Below are positions 20,525 to 29,247 of a stretch of 44,774 bases of DNA, piece after piece. The position numbers were made by a program, and so were the translations under genes. Each line of letters starts with the position of its first letter. Positions within the stretch are counted from its first letter, which is position 1. The notes beneath the pieces are model-generated. The model saw nothing but the letters and a program-made list of their open reading frames with translations. It was not told where the DNA came from and made no database searches. Source of the stretch: a virus (lineage: Duplodnaviria > Caudoviricetes). The DNA is taken from the IMG/VR virus record IMGVR_UViG_3300028792_000001, positions 1 through 44,774 of that record; one strand, 5' to 3'.

Positions 20525-20700
20525 ACTTTTTCTTTAGTCTTTAGGTTCTCTTTTGGTGGGCTTGCGGCAAAGACACCAGGTTGTATACATTCGGGGCATA
20601 TCGTAGGATTGTGGTAGCCGTCAATAAACATATGCAAATCCTTGTTCATGGCAGTATGCGCAAATTCAATAGTTTTACCGTTTATAAATAGTTTTCCCAT
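20521..20700 (-). CDS. Small hypothetical protein (59 aa)
   Basis: Translated by hand as MGKLFINGK...CPEC...; coupled on both sides. Confidence 0.45.
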   Translation of the reverse strand: MGKLFINGKTIEFAHTAMNKDLHMFIDGYHNPTICPECIQPGVFAASPPKENLKTKEKV

Positions 20701-20930
20701 TATTCTGCTCTCCTATTAGGTAATACTGGCTTAACCTTTAATTGTTCTAAATGGTGTTCTGGGCGAACATTTGGTAGCGAGCAACATAGACTATCATGCC
20801 CCGTGTAACCATCGCTATGACAATAGCAACCACACGCCATTACTTCTGCAAACTTTTCTATCTGATAGTCCGCACAAAGCGAGCACATACAGGATTTTGG
20901 CTCAGGTTTCATAACAAATATTTCGCCCAT
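20700..20930 (-). CDS. Cys-rich hypothetical protein
   Basis: CMCSLC...CGCYCH...CC. Confidence 0.55.
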   Translation of the reverse strand: MGEIFVMKPEPKSCMCSLCADYQIEKFAEVMACGCYCHSDGYTGHDSLCCSLPNVRPEHHLEQLKVKPVLPNRRAE

Positions 20931-20936
20931 AATATA

Positions 20937-21119
20937 TTACCCCTCCAGGCTTTCGGTTAAAAACGGCAATGCACGTAAAGCTTCTATTGTTTCTAGGTAG
21001 ATAGCATCTAGGGTAGCAAAATCCTCTTTAGTGGGCGAACCCTCAACTTCGCTTTCAAACTCTTGAATTTGCTCCATAAAAGATATTAAGATTTGCTTAT
21101 ATTGATAATCAGCTGCCAT
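20937..21119 (-). CDS. Hypothetical protein
   Basis: 60 aa with an AAGGAG SD. Confidence 0.55.
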   Translation of the reverse strand: MAADYQYKQILISFMEQIQEFESEVEGSPTKEDFATLDAIYLETIEALRALPFLTESLEG

Positions 21120-21450
21120 TACCGCTCCTTTCGTTTAATAGTGATGGGGTCTCGTAGATGTTGCCGATGACTTCACATTCGGTTGTTATTAAAAAGGGAT
21201 AAAAAGCTGGTGGGTCATACCTAACTTCGCAAGCAATAACCGAATGCCCTGTTAGTGGTTCTTTGAAACTAACAATATCCCCCTCATAAATCTCAACATC
21301 ATTTTTATCTTTGAGGCCGGTGTATTGCATATACGTAAGCTGCCCTTTGTACTTCTTGTAAGCTGGCGGAACAATAATCCCAGCTGGCACAATATCAAAA
21401 CCAGTCCACATTTCTTTGCCGTCCCACGCTCTAAATTTCAACTCACGCAT
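21109..21450 (-). CDS. yopX: YopX-family protein
   Basis: MRELKFRAWD...MQYTGLKDKNDVEIYEGDIV...EVIGNIYE. Confidence 0.92.
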   Translation of the reverse strand: MRELKFRAWDGKEMWTGFDIVPAGIIVPPAYKKYKGQLTYMQYTGLKDKNDVEIYEGDIVSFKEPLTGHSVIACEVRYDPPAFYPFLITTECEVIGNIYETPSLLNERSGNGS

Positions 21451-21808
21451 CCTCGCCTCCAATATTATTAGTTAGTTGAGTCTTAATGGGGTAGCTAGGG
21501 GCAGGGTCAACGCCTATTTCTGCCTTGTAGCGGTCACGGAGAGTGTTCTTAATACCTTTGAACGTCTTATCATCTTCCCAGCCCCTATCTAAATGTAGCT
21601 CGTCAATTATGCCTATAGCCCAAGCAACACCCTTAGTTTGCCCCTCAATAACTTTCTGTGCAGCCCAAGCTTCTATGACCTCATGGGCTTTCCAAAGATT
21701 CCACGGTGAAAGTCCATTGATATAGATTACTAGATTGTCAAGTGGGTCTTTACTGTCCCTGATTTCTTGCCATGTTCTTATTGTAGGTTCTTTATTGTTG
21801 TGGTGCAT
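21443..21808 (-). CDS. Hypothetical protein
   Basis: 121 aa ORF in the operon. Confidence 0.6.
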   Translation of the reverse strand: MHHNNKEPTIRTWQEIRDSKDPLDNLVIYINGLSPWNLWKAHEVIEAWAAQKVIEGQTKGVAWAIGIIDELHLDRGWEDDKTFKGIKNTLRDRYKAEIGVDPAPSYPIKTQLTNNIGGEDA

Positions 21809-22070
21809 TAGACTTTCCTTTCTTGATTATGTTTGGGGTGGCGGATTCAATATTCTTTATAGCTTTTACTACCAGTCTATCTATCACGCTCACACTCCAG
21901 TAGTTCTTAGCAAGTCGTATCTGAGTATTAACCCCAACTCTGCCATTGGTAACATATAGGTATGGGTATACTTCATTTACTGGTTGAAATACACTAATGC
22001 TGTAGTCTGGGTGTAGTTTGCCAAGCTGAGTTACTAAGTAGTTATCTGGTGATGTGGTTGCTGTTGCCAT
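21792..22070 (-). CDS. Hypothetical protein
   Basis: 92 aa ORF, translationally coupled. Confidence 0.55.
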   Translation of the reverse strand: MATATTSPDNYLVTQLGKLHPDYSISVFQPVNEVYPYLYVTNGRVGVNTQIRLAKNYWSVSVIDRLVVKAIKNIESATPNIIKKGKSNAPQQ

Positions 22071-22504
22071 TACTTCTTCCTCCCCTTAATTATCTCTACT
22101 ACTTGGGTGCGATATTGGTTGTAGCCAGCAGCTACACCGTAGTCTCTACCCTCTAACCACAATCTATCAATGCCCTGTGGCGGTTCTGTTAAAGTAACGA
22201 TGGTTTCTTCTTTCGGCAACTCACTCATCAATTCATCTAGTAGTTTATTCTTTTCCTGTTGAATGTATTCTTCTATCAAATGCCAGTAGCGGTCTACTTG
22301 CTCAAGGTCAGATAGTTGCTCTCCTCTGGTTAGTTTTGAGTATGGGGTAGCAATCTGTTTCTCCCATCTGGCTAAAGTTGGTTCTATATCATGCTTTATA
22401 TTAGCTCGTAAAATCTTATGACACCACTTCTGCCAATCAGCCCAACGTTCATGCTCTATACTCGCAAGTTTTTCCCTCAGTTCTTCTAGCTCAGATGGTT
22501 TCAT
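22070..22504 (-). CDS. Hypothetical phage protein (LASIEHERW...PYSKL motif)
   Basis: 144 aa with a GAGGAG SD. Confidence 0.65.
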   Translation of the reverse strand: MKPSELEELREKLASIEHERWADWQKWCHKILRANIKHDIEPTLARWEKQIATPYSKLTRGEQLSDLEQVDRYWHLIEEYIQQEKNKLLDELMSELPKEETIVTLTEPPQGIDRLWLEGRDYGVAAGYNQYRTQVVEIIKGRKK

Positions 22505-22913
22505 ATTTCTCCTCTACTCATCTTCAGACCCCTCGTAAGGATTACAGATAATGCAACTCCAATCACAGCCACTATCGCTACTCATTGGGCGACTTTATTG
22601 GCTTGCACCATCTTATTTATTGTGTTATTCATCCAGTAAAATCCGCCCAACATAGCAATCAAAAAAACCACCCATATAATTATTAGAGACTTCATGCCAA
22701 ACTCCATATTAAAATTACAATAGCACTAAGCACCCATATATTACCAAATAACGCTCTAAGGGGCTTTAAAAGCTCCCACAACGATGATTTTATATACATT
22801 ATGTTATTCCCCCTTTAATTTATTAGACTTGTTGGCTGTTGCGTTTGATACTTGCGGCTCTTCCACTCACTCAGTACCAATAGCCATTTAACCTCACGGC
22901 ACCAACTTATTAT

Positions 22914-23081
22914 TTATACTTTTCTTAATTCCTTAATTTCTGTAGCCTCACCACAGTTACAATCACATACAGGAAACAATTTATATGCTTTCTTAACCGC
23001 ATTTACTGTTGTGTAAGCATTGATAAATATTGGTGATGTCCAATTATCAAATGTAATTATGTACCTGTTTAACTTCTTCAT
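22914..23081 (-). CDS. Small hypothetical protein (55 aa)
   Basis: Translated by hand as MKKLNRYIITFD...CDCNC...; AAAGGA SD. Confidence 0.55.
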   Translation of the reverse strand: MKKLNRYIITFDNWTSPIFINAYTTVNAVKKAYKLFPVCDCNCGEATEIKELRKV

Positions 23082-23119
23082 GGTGTTTAAGTCCTTTCCA
23101 TGTTATTTAATTTACTAAA

Positions 23120-23376
23120 GCGCATGGTGCTGATAGCAAGCTATGGTCTCCAGGCAAGCATATCCATAATTCCCACTTGCCCTATAGGGAGTCAGCCTAC
23201 TTACTACCAGCACTAATGCGCTCTATTGCTGATGAACAGCCGCCAGCCTGTTACGTTATGAGTTATCTCGTTTCTAGGGTTTGCTTATAGTGCTGAGCAC
23301 CCGAAGGAAGCACCAATATCTTGCGCCCACGTTTCATGTTATCTCGTTACGCTCTCAGGCTGAAGGCTGCCCACCA
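23120..23376 (-). ncRNA. Two adjacent long stem-loop RNA elements in the early transcript
   Basis: 23120-23221 and 23230-23376 are each closed by long stems whose DNA mismatches become G-U pairs on the minus strand. Confidence 0.55.
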
Positions 23377-23416
23377 ATTCAATGCCATAAGCCAGTAGTA
23401 AATACTGACTGTTATT

Positions 23417-23635
23417 TTAAACGTATTGTAAAATGTTTTTCTTGAGGTAGTTTGTAAGCTCTCTAGCGTTAAGAACTGTTGTGCGATGTGTATCGCCCAT
23501 AGTTATTGAAACACTGTAGTTGAACTCTTTACGCTCTCTCCATTTACCGTAAGCCATTCGCAAAGCTTGGTTATAATCCTCAGCTTGCCAACCGCTTGCG
23601 TCACCATTACGCCACGTTGTCCATATTGTGTACAT
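23417..23635 (-). CDS. Hypothetical early protein
   Basis: Likely start MYTIW at 23635 after AAGGGG. Confidence 0.55.
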   Translation of the reverse strand: MYTIWTTWRNGDASGWQAEDYNQALRMAYGKWRERKEFNYSVSITMGDTHRTTVLNARELTNYLKKNILQYV

Positions 23636-23798
23636 TTCCGCCCCTTTCCTTATCTTATTTACTACTAATTTATGACATTGATTGTTTACAGAGTACAGGT
23701 TGCCAGTCATAAGACTAGCAAGGATTATTTGGGCAAAACTAGGTATTCGATACCATCTTTGCCTGTTACTCGGACGTATTGACCGCCCACAAGTTCTT

Positions 23799-24017
23799 TT
23801 ACCATTTGATTATCTCCTTATTATGGTTACAGGTGGCTAGTTTCAGGGCTTTGAATATTGCTAAGCAACAGCACTTATTGCATTGTTCAAGCTGTTGTAT
23901 CCTGATATTTATCAATCGGCTTGGCCTGGGGTCGGTGCTATAGGCTTCGTTGAAGCAGTCAATCTTTTTTAACTGCCTCAACTCGTCTAGCCTGATGGCT
24001 ATTTCCTGCTTGTCCAC
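23799..24017 (-). CDS. Hypothetical early protein
   Basis: 72 aa ORF. Confidence 0.5.
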   Translation of the reverse strand: MDKQEIAIRLDELRQLKKIDCFNEAYSTDPRPSRLINIRIQQLEQCNKCCCLAIFKALKLATCNHNKEIIKW

Positions 24018-24203
24018 CTAAATTACTCGCCATGAGATTATGCTGTTGGTAGGCAAGCTTAAAATCTTTTCAAGCTCATTAAATGCCCACTTATAATCAA
24101 CATTATCCCAGTTAGTGCAAAGTAATTGACGAGGTGATACGCTGTATCTTTGATAGTGTTCTATATTGTCGCTATCAACGTGTGTTACTGCTATTCTACT
24201 CAT
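24018..24203 (-). CDS. Hypothetical early protein (first gene of the early operon)
   Basis: TAAGGAG SD; downstream of promoter copy 3. Confidence 0.6.
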   Translation of the reverse strand: MSRIAVTHVDSDNIEHYQRYSVSPRQLLCTNWDNVDYKWAFNELEKILSLPTNSIISWRVI

Positions 24204-24399
24204 AGTCTTAATCTCCTTATTATCTTAATTGACAATCTGTACTCTGATTGAATTGTTAAACTTATATCCCACCTGAGAGAGTAGTTAGTAAGTGATAGGG
24301 TTGGCGGTTCAAACGTGACCGGCGGTTTTATCCTGTTCGCTACTCTCTTTGGTAAGTGTCTCAAGTGCTACCGTTGATAGCTATCATTGGTATAACTAC

Positions 24400-24429
24400 A
24401 TACTACCACGACGATGTGGTTATTGTCAA
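24400..24429 (-). promoter_or_regulatory. Early promoter copy 3 with operator
   Basis: TTGACA-ataACCACatcGTCGTgg-TAGTAT. Confidence 0.8.
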
Positions 24430-24453
24430 CACTATTTTAGTAATAAAATGGAC

Positions 24454-24462
24454 TTATCCACA
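24454..24462 (+). promoter_or_regulatory. Consensus DnaA box in the divergent control region
   Basis: TTATCCACA between the early promoter and the terS promoter. Confidence 0.5.
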
Positions 24463-24485
24463 GCCTACCCCTGTTATGCTATACT

Positions 24486-24932
24486 ATGAATATGAATAAT
24501 GAACTTACAACCCCGCGCCCATCAAAGATTAAAAGACTAAAACCCAAGCAGAGGTTAACACTGGACTACTGGCTAACTCCTGAATCAGAAACATTCGGAA
24601 ACTTGTATCAAAGTTGCGTAAAGGCAGGTTTTGCGCCCAAGTATGCACTTAATATCAGTCATTTAAACCCATTATGGCTATCGGAAACTATGGAACAGGT
24701 AGAATTGCGCCCAGAACATTTGAAAGCAGGAGTAACAAAGATAGCAACAGGTACAATAAACAGTAAGAGTGTAGATGATACAAGATTAAGTGCATATCAA
24801 TTATTAGGAAAATGGTCAGGAATGGACAACAGTAAAACAGTCAATGTAACAGTGGTCCAGCCCATTCTAAGCGGTGCTAGTGTACATAAGGATAATACTG
24901 TAGTAATAGACCAGGAACACATAAATAAGTAG
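24486..24932 (+). CDS. terS: Terminase small subunit
   Basis: LKPKQRL...GNLYQSCVKAGF..KYA N-terminal HTH pattern; upstream of terL. The true start may be 24492. Confidence 0.75.
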   Translation: MNMNNELTTPRPSKIKRLKPKQRLTLDYWLTPESETFGNLYQSCVKAGFAPKYALNISHLNPLWLSETMEQVELRPEHLKAGVTKIATGTINSKSVDDTRLSAYQLLGKWSGMDNSKTVNVTVVQPILSGASVHKDNTVVIDQEHINK

Positions 24933-25065
24933 AGTCGCACAATACATAGATACCGCGCCCATAACAGAGATAAAAGGGTGGTAAGGGGGATATCTTCATA
25001 TATAGTCTATAGGTGATATATAAAGAAACGAAAGTATACTTAAACTCTAATCCTAAAATATTTTA

Positions 25066-25094
25066 TTGACTTTATTAAAGCGTTCCTATAAAAT
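25066..25094 (+). promoter_or_regulatory. sigma70 promoter containing one copy of the CGTTCC repeat
   Basis: TTGACT-ttattaaaGCGTTCCta-TAAAAT (17 nt spacer). Confidence 0.75.
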
Positions 25095-25122
25095 AAGAAC
25101 ATATTATAACAGAGGAGGTGAG

Positions 25123-25599
25123 ATGAAGTGTCTTGTATGCAATGTAGAGTTTGAGAGCAAACGTCCAGATGCAAAGTACTGTTCCCCGAAACATAGGAAA
25201 TTAGCGTTCCAGAAGCGTTCCATTGGAACGGATAATCCACAGAACGGAACGGATAAATTAGTAATAGAGGAACGGATAATCGAACCAGAAATATATTTTG
25301 AGTTTTATACTATTAGTAAGGCTAATGGGCTTGGGCGCAAGCAAGATGAAAAGTCCAGCGTTAGAAAAGCCAAGTATTGGTACGATGTCCCGATTGCTGC
25401 GATTCCAGTTATTAAGAAGGGCTTTCCTGAAATGCCTGAGACTATGAATGGGCGCCAATATTTCCTATGGTGGCAGAATGAATTCAAGATGAGTGATAAG
25501 TTCCCAGATAGTCCAGAGATTGTTAATCCGCTTCCGACCCGAGGTGAACTCATCTACGTTAAAGCTAGTGAGGGTAGTAGATACTGGGGAACGGTATAA
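25123..25599 (+). CDS. Zinc-finger DNA-binding protein
   Basis: GGAGGTG SD, then MKCLVCNVEFESKRPDAKYCSPKHR. Confidence 0.7.
   Translation: MKCLVCNVEFESKRPDAKYCSPKHRKLAFQKRSIGTDNPQNGTDKLVIEERIIEPEIYFEFYTISKANGLGRKQDEKSSVRKAKYWYDVPIAAIPVIKKGFPEMPETMNGRQYFLWWQNEFKMSDKFPDSPEIVNPLPTRGELIYVKASEGSRYWGTV
25203..25279. repeat. Iteron-like cluster: 2x AGCGTTCC and 3x GGAACGGATAA
   Basis: Copies at 25203 and 25214, and at 25225, 25246 and 25269. Includes the palindrome CGTTCCA-T-TGGAACG. Confidence 0.8.
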
Positions 25600-26798
25600 T
25601 GGGCGAATTTAAAGCTACTACAGCTACGCATAAACTCTTAGCGTTAGACAAGAGAATAAAGGCTGTCGGGGGTGGGGCTAGTGCGTCCAAGACCATTAGC
25701 ATCCTTTTAATTTTGATTGATAAAGCTCAAATGGCGGCTAATGAGAACAAGCATCTTTTAATTAGTGTTGTGAGTGAGTCCCTGCCTCACCTTAAAAGAG
25801 GGGCTATGAGAGATTTTATAAACATAATGGAATCCCATAAGTATTTCCAAGAACCGCAGTGGAACCGGACTGACTTTATTTATTCCTTCGGACCTAGTTC
25901 AAAGATAGAGTTCTTCGGAGTGGACACGCCCGATAAAGTCCGTGGTCCGAGGCGTGATATCTTATTTATGAACGAAGCTAACAACTGTCCGATGGAGTCT
26001 TATGAACAACTGGCTCTCCGTACAAGACAAGAAATCTGGTTAGACTGGAACCCAACTAATGAGTTCTGGTTCTACACTGACGTCCTGCCCAATAGAAAAG
26101 AAGAAGACCTCGACTTCATAACTCTTACTTATAAGGACAACGAAGCCCTCGGACAGGGCGAAATCGACGAACTTGAAAGTCATAAACACAATAAGAACTG
26201 GTGGCAGGTTTATGGATTGGGACAGTTAGGCGATGTTGAAGGAAAGATTTACTCTGACTGGGCCATCATAGACGACATCCCCCACGAAGCTCGATTAGAA
26301 AGATATGGCTTAGACTTCGGTTATGCCAACGACCCAACCTCGTTAGTGGCGATTTACTATTATAATGGAGGCTATATAATAGACGAACTCTTACATCGAA
26401 CCCACATGACCAACCGTAAGATAGCCGACTATATTATGAACTCCGCCACTCCCAATGCTTTAGTTATCGCTGATAGTGCCGAACCCAAGAGTATCGCCGA
26501 GCTTATGGAATACGGTGTCCAGGTTATAGGTGCCCAAAAAGGCCCAGGCTCGGTGAACCAAGGCATTAACTATGTTCAGGACCAACGGATGAGTATGACA
26601 AAGCGAAGTACAAATGTCATAAAGGCTTACCGCAATTATATGTGGAAGACCGACAAAGATGGAAAGGTAATCGACATCCCCGACCACAACCTTAGTGATG
26701 CTATGGATGCCGTGAGGTACGCGATGGAGAGCCTCCGCCCCAGCAAGGACGAAGATAAAATCTATACCAGTGGGAATCTTACAAAACTATGGGCATGA
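25599..26798 (+). CDS. terL: Terminase large subunit, PBSX family
   Basis: Walker A GGASASKT, Walker B ILFMNEA, LDWNP, GLDFGYANDP and DAMDAVRYA. Confidence 0.95.
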   Translation: MGEFKATTATHKLLALDKRIKAVGGGASASKTISILLILIDKAQMAANENKHLLISVVSESLPHLKRGAMRDFINIMESHKYFQEPQWNRTDFIYSFGPSSKIEFFGVDTPDKVRGPRRDILFMNEANNCPMESYEQLALRTRQEIWLDWNPTNEFWFYTDVLPNRKEEDLDFITLTYKDNEALGQGEIDELESHKHNKNWWQVYGLGQLGDVEGKIYSDWAIIDDIPHEARLERYGLDFGYANDPTSLVAIYYYNGGYIIDELLHRTHMTNRKIADYIMNSATPNALVIADSAEPKSIAELMEYGVQVIGAQKGPGSVNQGINYVQDQRMSMTKRSTNVIKAYRNYMWKTDKDGKVIDIPDHNLSDAMDAVRYAMESLRPSKDEDKIYTSGNLTKLWA

Positions 26799-27007
26799 AA
26801 TGGGAGGATATAACTCCCGACCTTACAAAAAAAGGCCAACGTGAGCTTAAAGTCGGACAAGTCTTAATCTTTGATTATGAAGGCTCGCCCATCCATTTAA
26901 AGATAATGCGAAAGTCTCATGGTAAAGTCTGGGCTAAACGTCTGGACCCAAAAAAGTTTCTGACCCCCCAACAAGCAGACGATTCAGTTACAGTCACCCA
27001 AAATTGA
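26795..27007 (+). CDS. Hypothetical protein
   Basis: ATGA-coupled to terL. Confidence 0.6.
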   Translation: MKWEDITPDLTKKGQRELKVGQVLIFDYEGSPIHLKIMRKSHGKVWAKRLDPKKFLTPQQADDSVTVTQN

Positions 27008-27040
27008 TATTTTACTCTGGTTATGCTACTGTTCAGATAA

Positions 27041-29245
27041 ATGAGTTACTCGTATCTAACACCCGAAAACATAGTAGAAACTTTTCGTCTATCTCAACAA
27101 TACACTGAAGGATTGACTAACAATTTTAGAGAACATGAACGCATAGCTCGCAATAAACCCCACGCTTCTATTCCTAAAGAATACCCGAAAACAACTGATG
27201 GCACGACTGCTTCTATTATAAGAAAGACGCCACACAGAATCATCCAGCAACTACCGACTGGTACAGTTAAAAGTGACGTTGAAGATTGGTTGAGGATAGT
27301 AGCTTCCTTTATATACACTCACAAAATACTACCAAATGCTAATGAAGGTTACGCCCTACTTCAGAAATCTTGGATGGTTGTCGAGCGTTTTCTGACTTTT
27401 GGTTATTGCCCAACTTATGTTCCTTTTACTGAGCATAATGGTTATTTCTGTACCGACCTTCGCCTTCCATACTGGGGGGATATATTCATCCAACCTGGCA
27501 AGTTAAGCGACACTGATTCCAATTATATATTTATGCGTTCCTGGTGGCAGACCAAGGACATCGATGCTCTTATAGAATCTCAAGGCAAATTAGGCAAGAA
27601 TATCAAACCAACCTGGGATATTGAAGCTTTAAAAGCCGTTAAAGAGATTGAGTCTACGAAAGATGAAAAAGCCAAGACCCCAATAGAGCGAGAGAAAAGC
27701 ATCAACACTAAAGGCGGCGTTGAACTTATTACGGGCTTTCAGCGTGGCAAGAACGCCAAATTCTATACCTTCCATGTCCAGAATACTGGAACAGGAGTTA
27801 AACCAATTTACTCAGGTACAATCGTTCGCACAAAAGTTAATAAAGACCCACGCGGTGAATTGCCGATTCTATTTGCTTATGGCGATATAGATGGTTCATC
27901 ACCATTTGGACGCAGCATCATAGATTTAGTCGGCAGTATGCAGAACTTAATGGATTCTGAAATGCAGATGTACCAATACAACCGCGCTTTACAATTAAAC
28001 CCCCCGTTGATAAAGCGCGGTTCATTTAGTAAGAACAAAATTAAATTTGCTCCCAATATAATTATTGATGTCGGTTCCTCGCCAGATGCGACTGTCGAAC
28101 CACTTAAGATTGATAGCACCGCCCTAGCAAACTTTCCAAATAACTATGGTTTGATGAAGTCTCAACTTCTCAATCTTCTGGCTAGTCCCGATACCAGTAT
28201 TAGTGCCGATGTCGGTAATCCTGGATTTTCTAAGACTCCGCAAGGAGTTATGGCATCACAACAGAACCTGTCAGTTGATGACCATTATGTCCGCAAACAG
28301 TACGAAACGTGGTTTGAAAGATGGAGCGAAACAGCCATAAACCTCTATTTTGCTGAACGTGAGGGCATTGAAGAACTCCAATTAGATGAAGATACGGCTG
28401 AGGAATTACGGGGTCTGGATAATTTTGACCAAACCCTATTAAGTGATGATGACCGTATTCGGATAAACTACAGCACCACCACGCCTAAATTAAAGTTTGA
28501 AGTCGATGCTTCATCATCACAGATGAAAAATGACCCTAACCAGCAACAAATAGCCACCGATTTGCTTGGTCTAACAATGAAATACCCAATGTTGAACAGT
28601 TCTTATGGCGGACCAATAGATATTGACGAATTATCCCGTAAAATCGTTACAACCAGTGGTATTCAAGACCCTGACCGAGTGGCACCTGAACCAACCAAAG
28701 CCCAAAAACAAGCCAAACTACAAGCTAAACAAAATCCTAACCCATTCAGCCCAATGTTTGACAAACCATCACTAAAACTGGACTACAATGAACTACCGCC
28801 AAGCGGTCAAATCCAATTCGCCAAACTTGCTGGTATAGATTTAACTATGCAGGATGTCTTACAGGGACCTGTACTTGACCCGAACGCCCGAGGTGCTTCT
28901 ATCGAACCCGTCATTGACCCGAATATGCTTGTTCCAGGTGGTTTAGCCCAACAGAATCAAATGCCAGACTCGCAAACATTCCCCCCAAACCCCCAGATAC
29001 AACAAATGATGCAACAAGCCTACACTCCCAAACAAGAACCACAGCAAGCATCCCCCGACCCAACACAAATGACACCAGACCATGTTCTAAAAGCCCATGC
29101 CCAAGCCCATCAGCAGGAAATGGACAAAGCCAAACTATTATTAGAGGCGTCTAAAGCCCAACAACAGAACCAACAAGCTCAGCAATCCCACCAACTAGCC
29201 GTTAAGCAAGCTAATAAACCGGCTCCGAAGCCAACGAAAGGCTAA
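27041..29245 (+). CDS. Portal protein
   Basis: 734 aa following terL, with PFGRSI...MQNLMD and a Gln/Pro-rich C-terminus typical of podovirus portals. Confidence 0.8.
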   Translation: MSYSYLTPENIVETFRLSQQYTEGLTNNFREHERIARNKPHASIPKEYPKTTDGTTASIIRKTPHRIIQQLPTGTVKSDVEDWLRIVASFIYTHKILPNANEGYALLQKSWMVVERFLTFGYCPTYVPFTEHNGYFCTDLRLPYWGDIFIQPGKLSDTDSNYIFMRSWWQTKDIDALIESQGKLGKNIKPTWDIEALKAVKEIESTKDEKAKTPIEREKSINTKGGVELITGFQRGKNAKFYTFHVQNTGTGVKPIYSGTIVRTKVNKDPRGELPILFAYGDIDGSSPFGRSIIDLVGSMQNLMDSEMQMYQYNRALQLNPPLIKRGSFSKNKIKFAPNIIIDVGSSPDATVEPLKIDSTALANFPNNYGLMKSQLLNLLASPDTSISADVGNPGFSKTPQGVMASQQNLSVDDHYVRKQYETWFERWSETAINLYFAEREGIEELQLDEDTAEELRGLDNFDQTLLSDDDRIRINYSTTTPKLKFEVDASSSQMKNDPNQQQIATDLLGLTMKYPMLNSSYGGPIDIDELSRKIVTTSGIQDPDRVAPEPTKAQKQAKLQAKQNPNPFSPMFDKPSLKLDYNELPPSGQIQFAKLAGIDLTMQDVLQGPVLDPNARGASIEPVIDPNMLVPGGLAQQNQMPDSQTFPPNPQIQQMMQQAYTPKQEPQQASPDPTQMTPDHVLKAHAQAHQQEMDKAKLLLEASKAQQQNQQAQQSHQLAVKQANKPAPKPTKG

Positions 29246-29247
29246 TC

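Noticed and set aside
22800-24400. tRNA genes in the structured intergenic regions
   Set aside because: I found no cloverleaf with a T-loop GTTCRA and matching acceptor stem.
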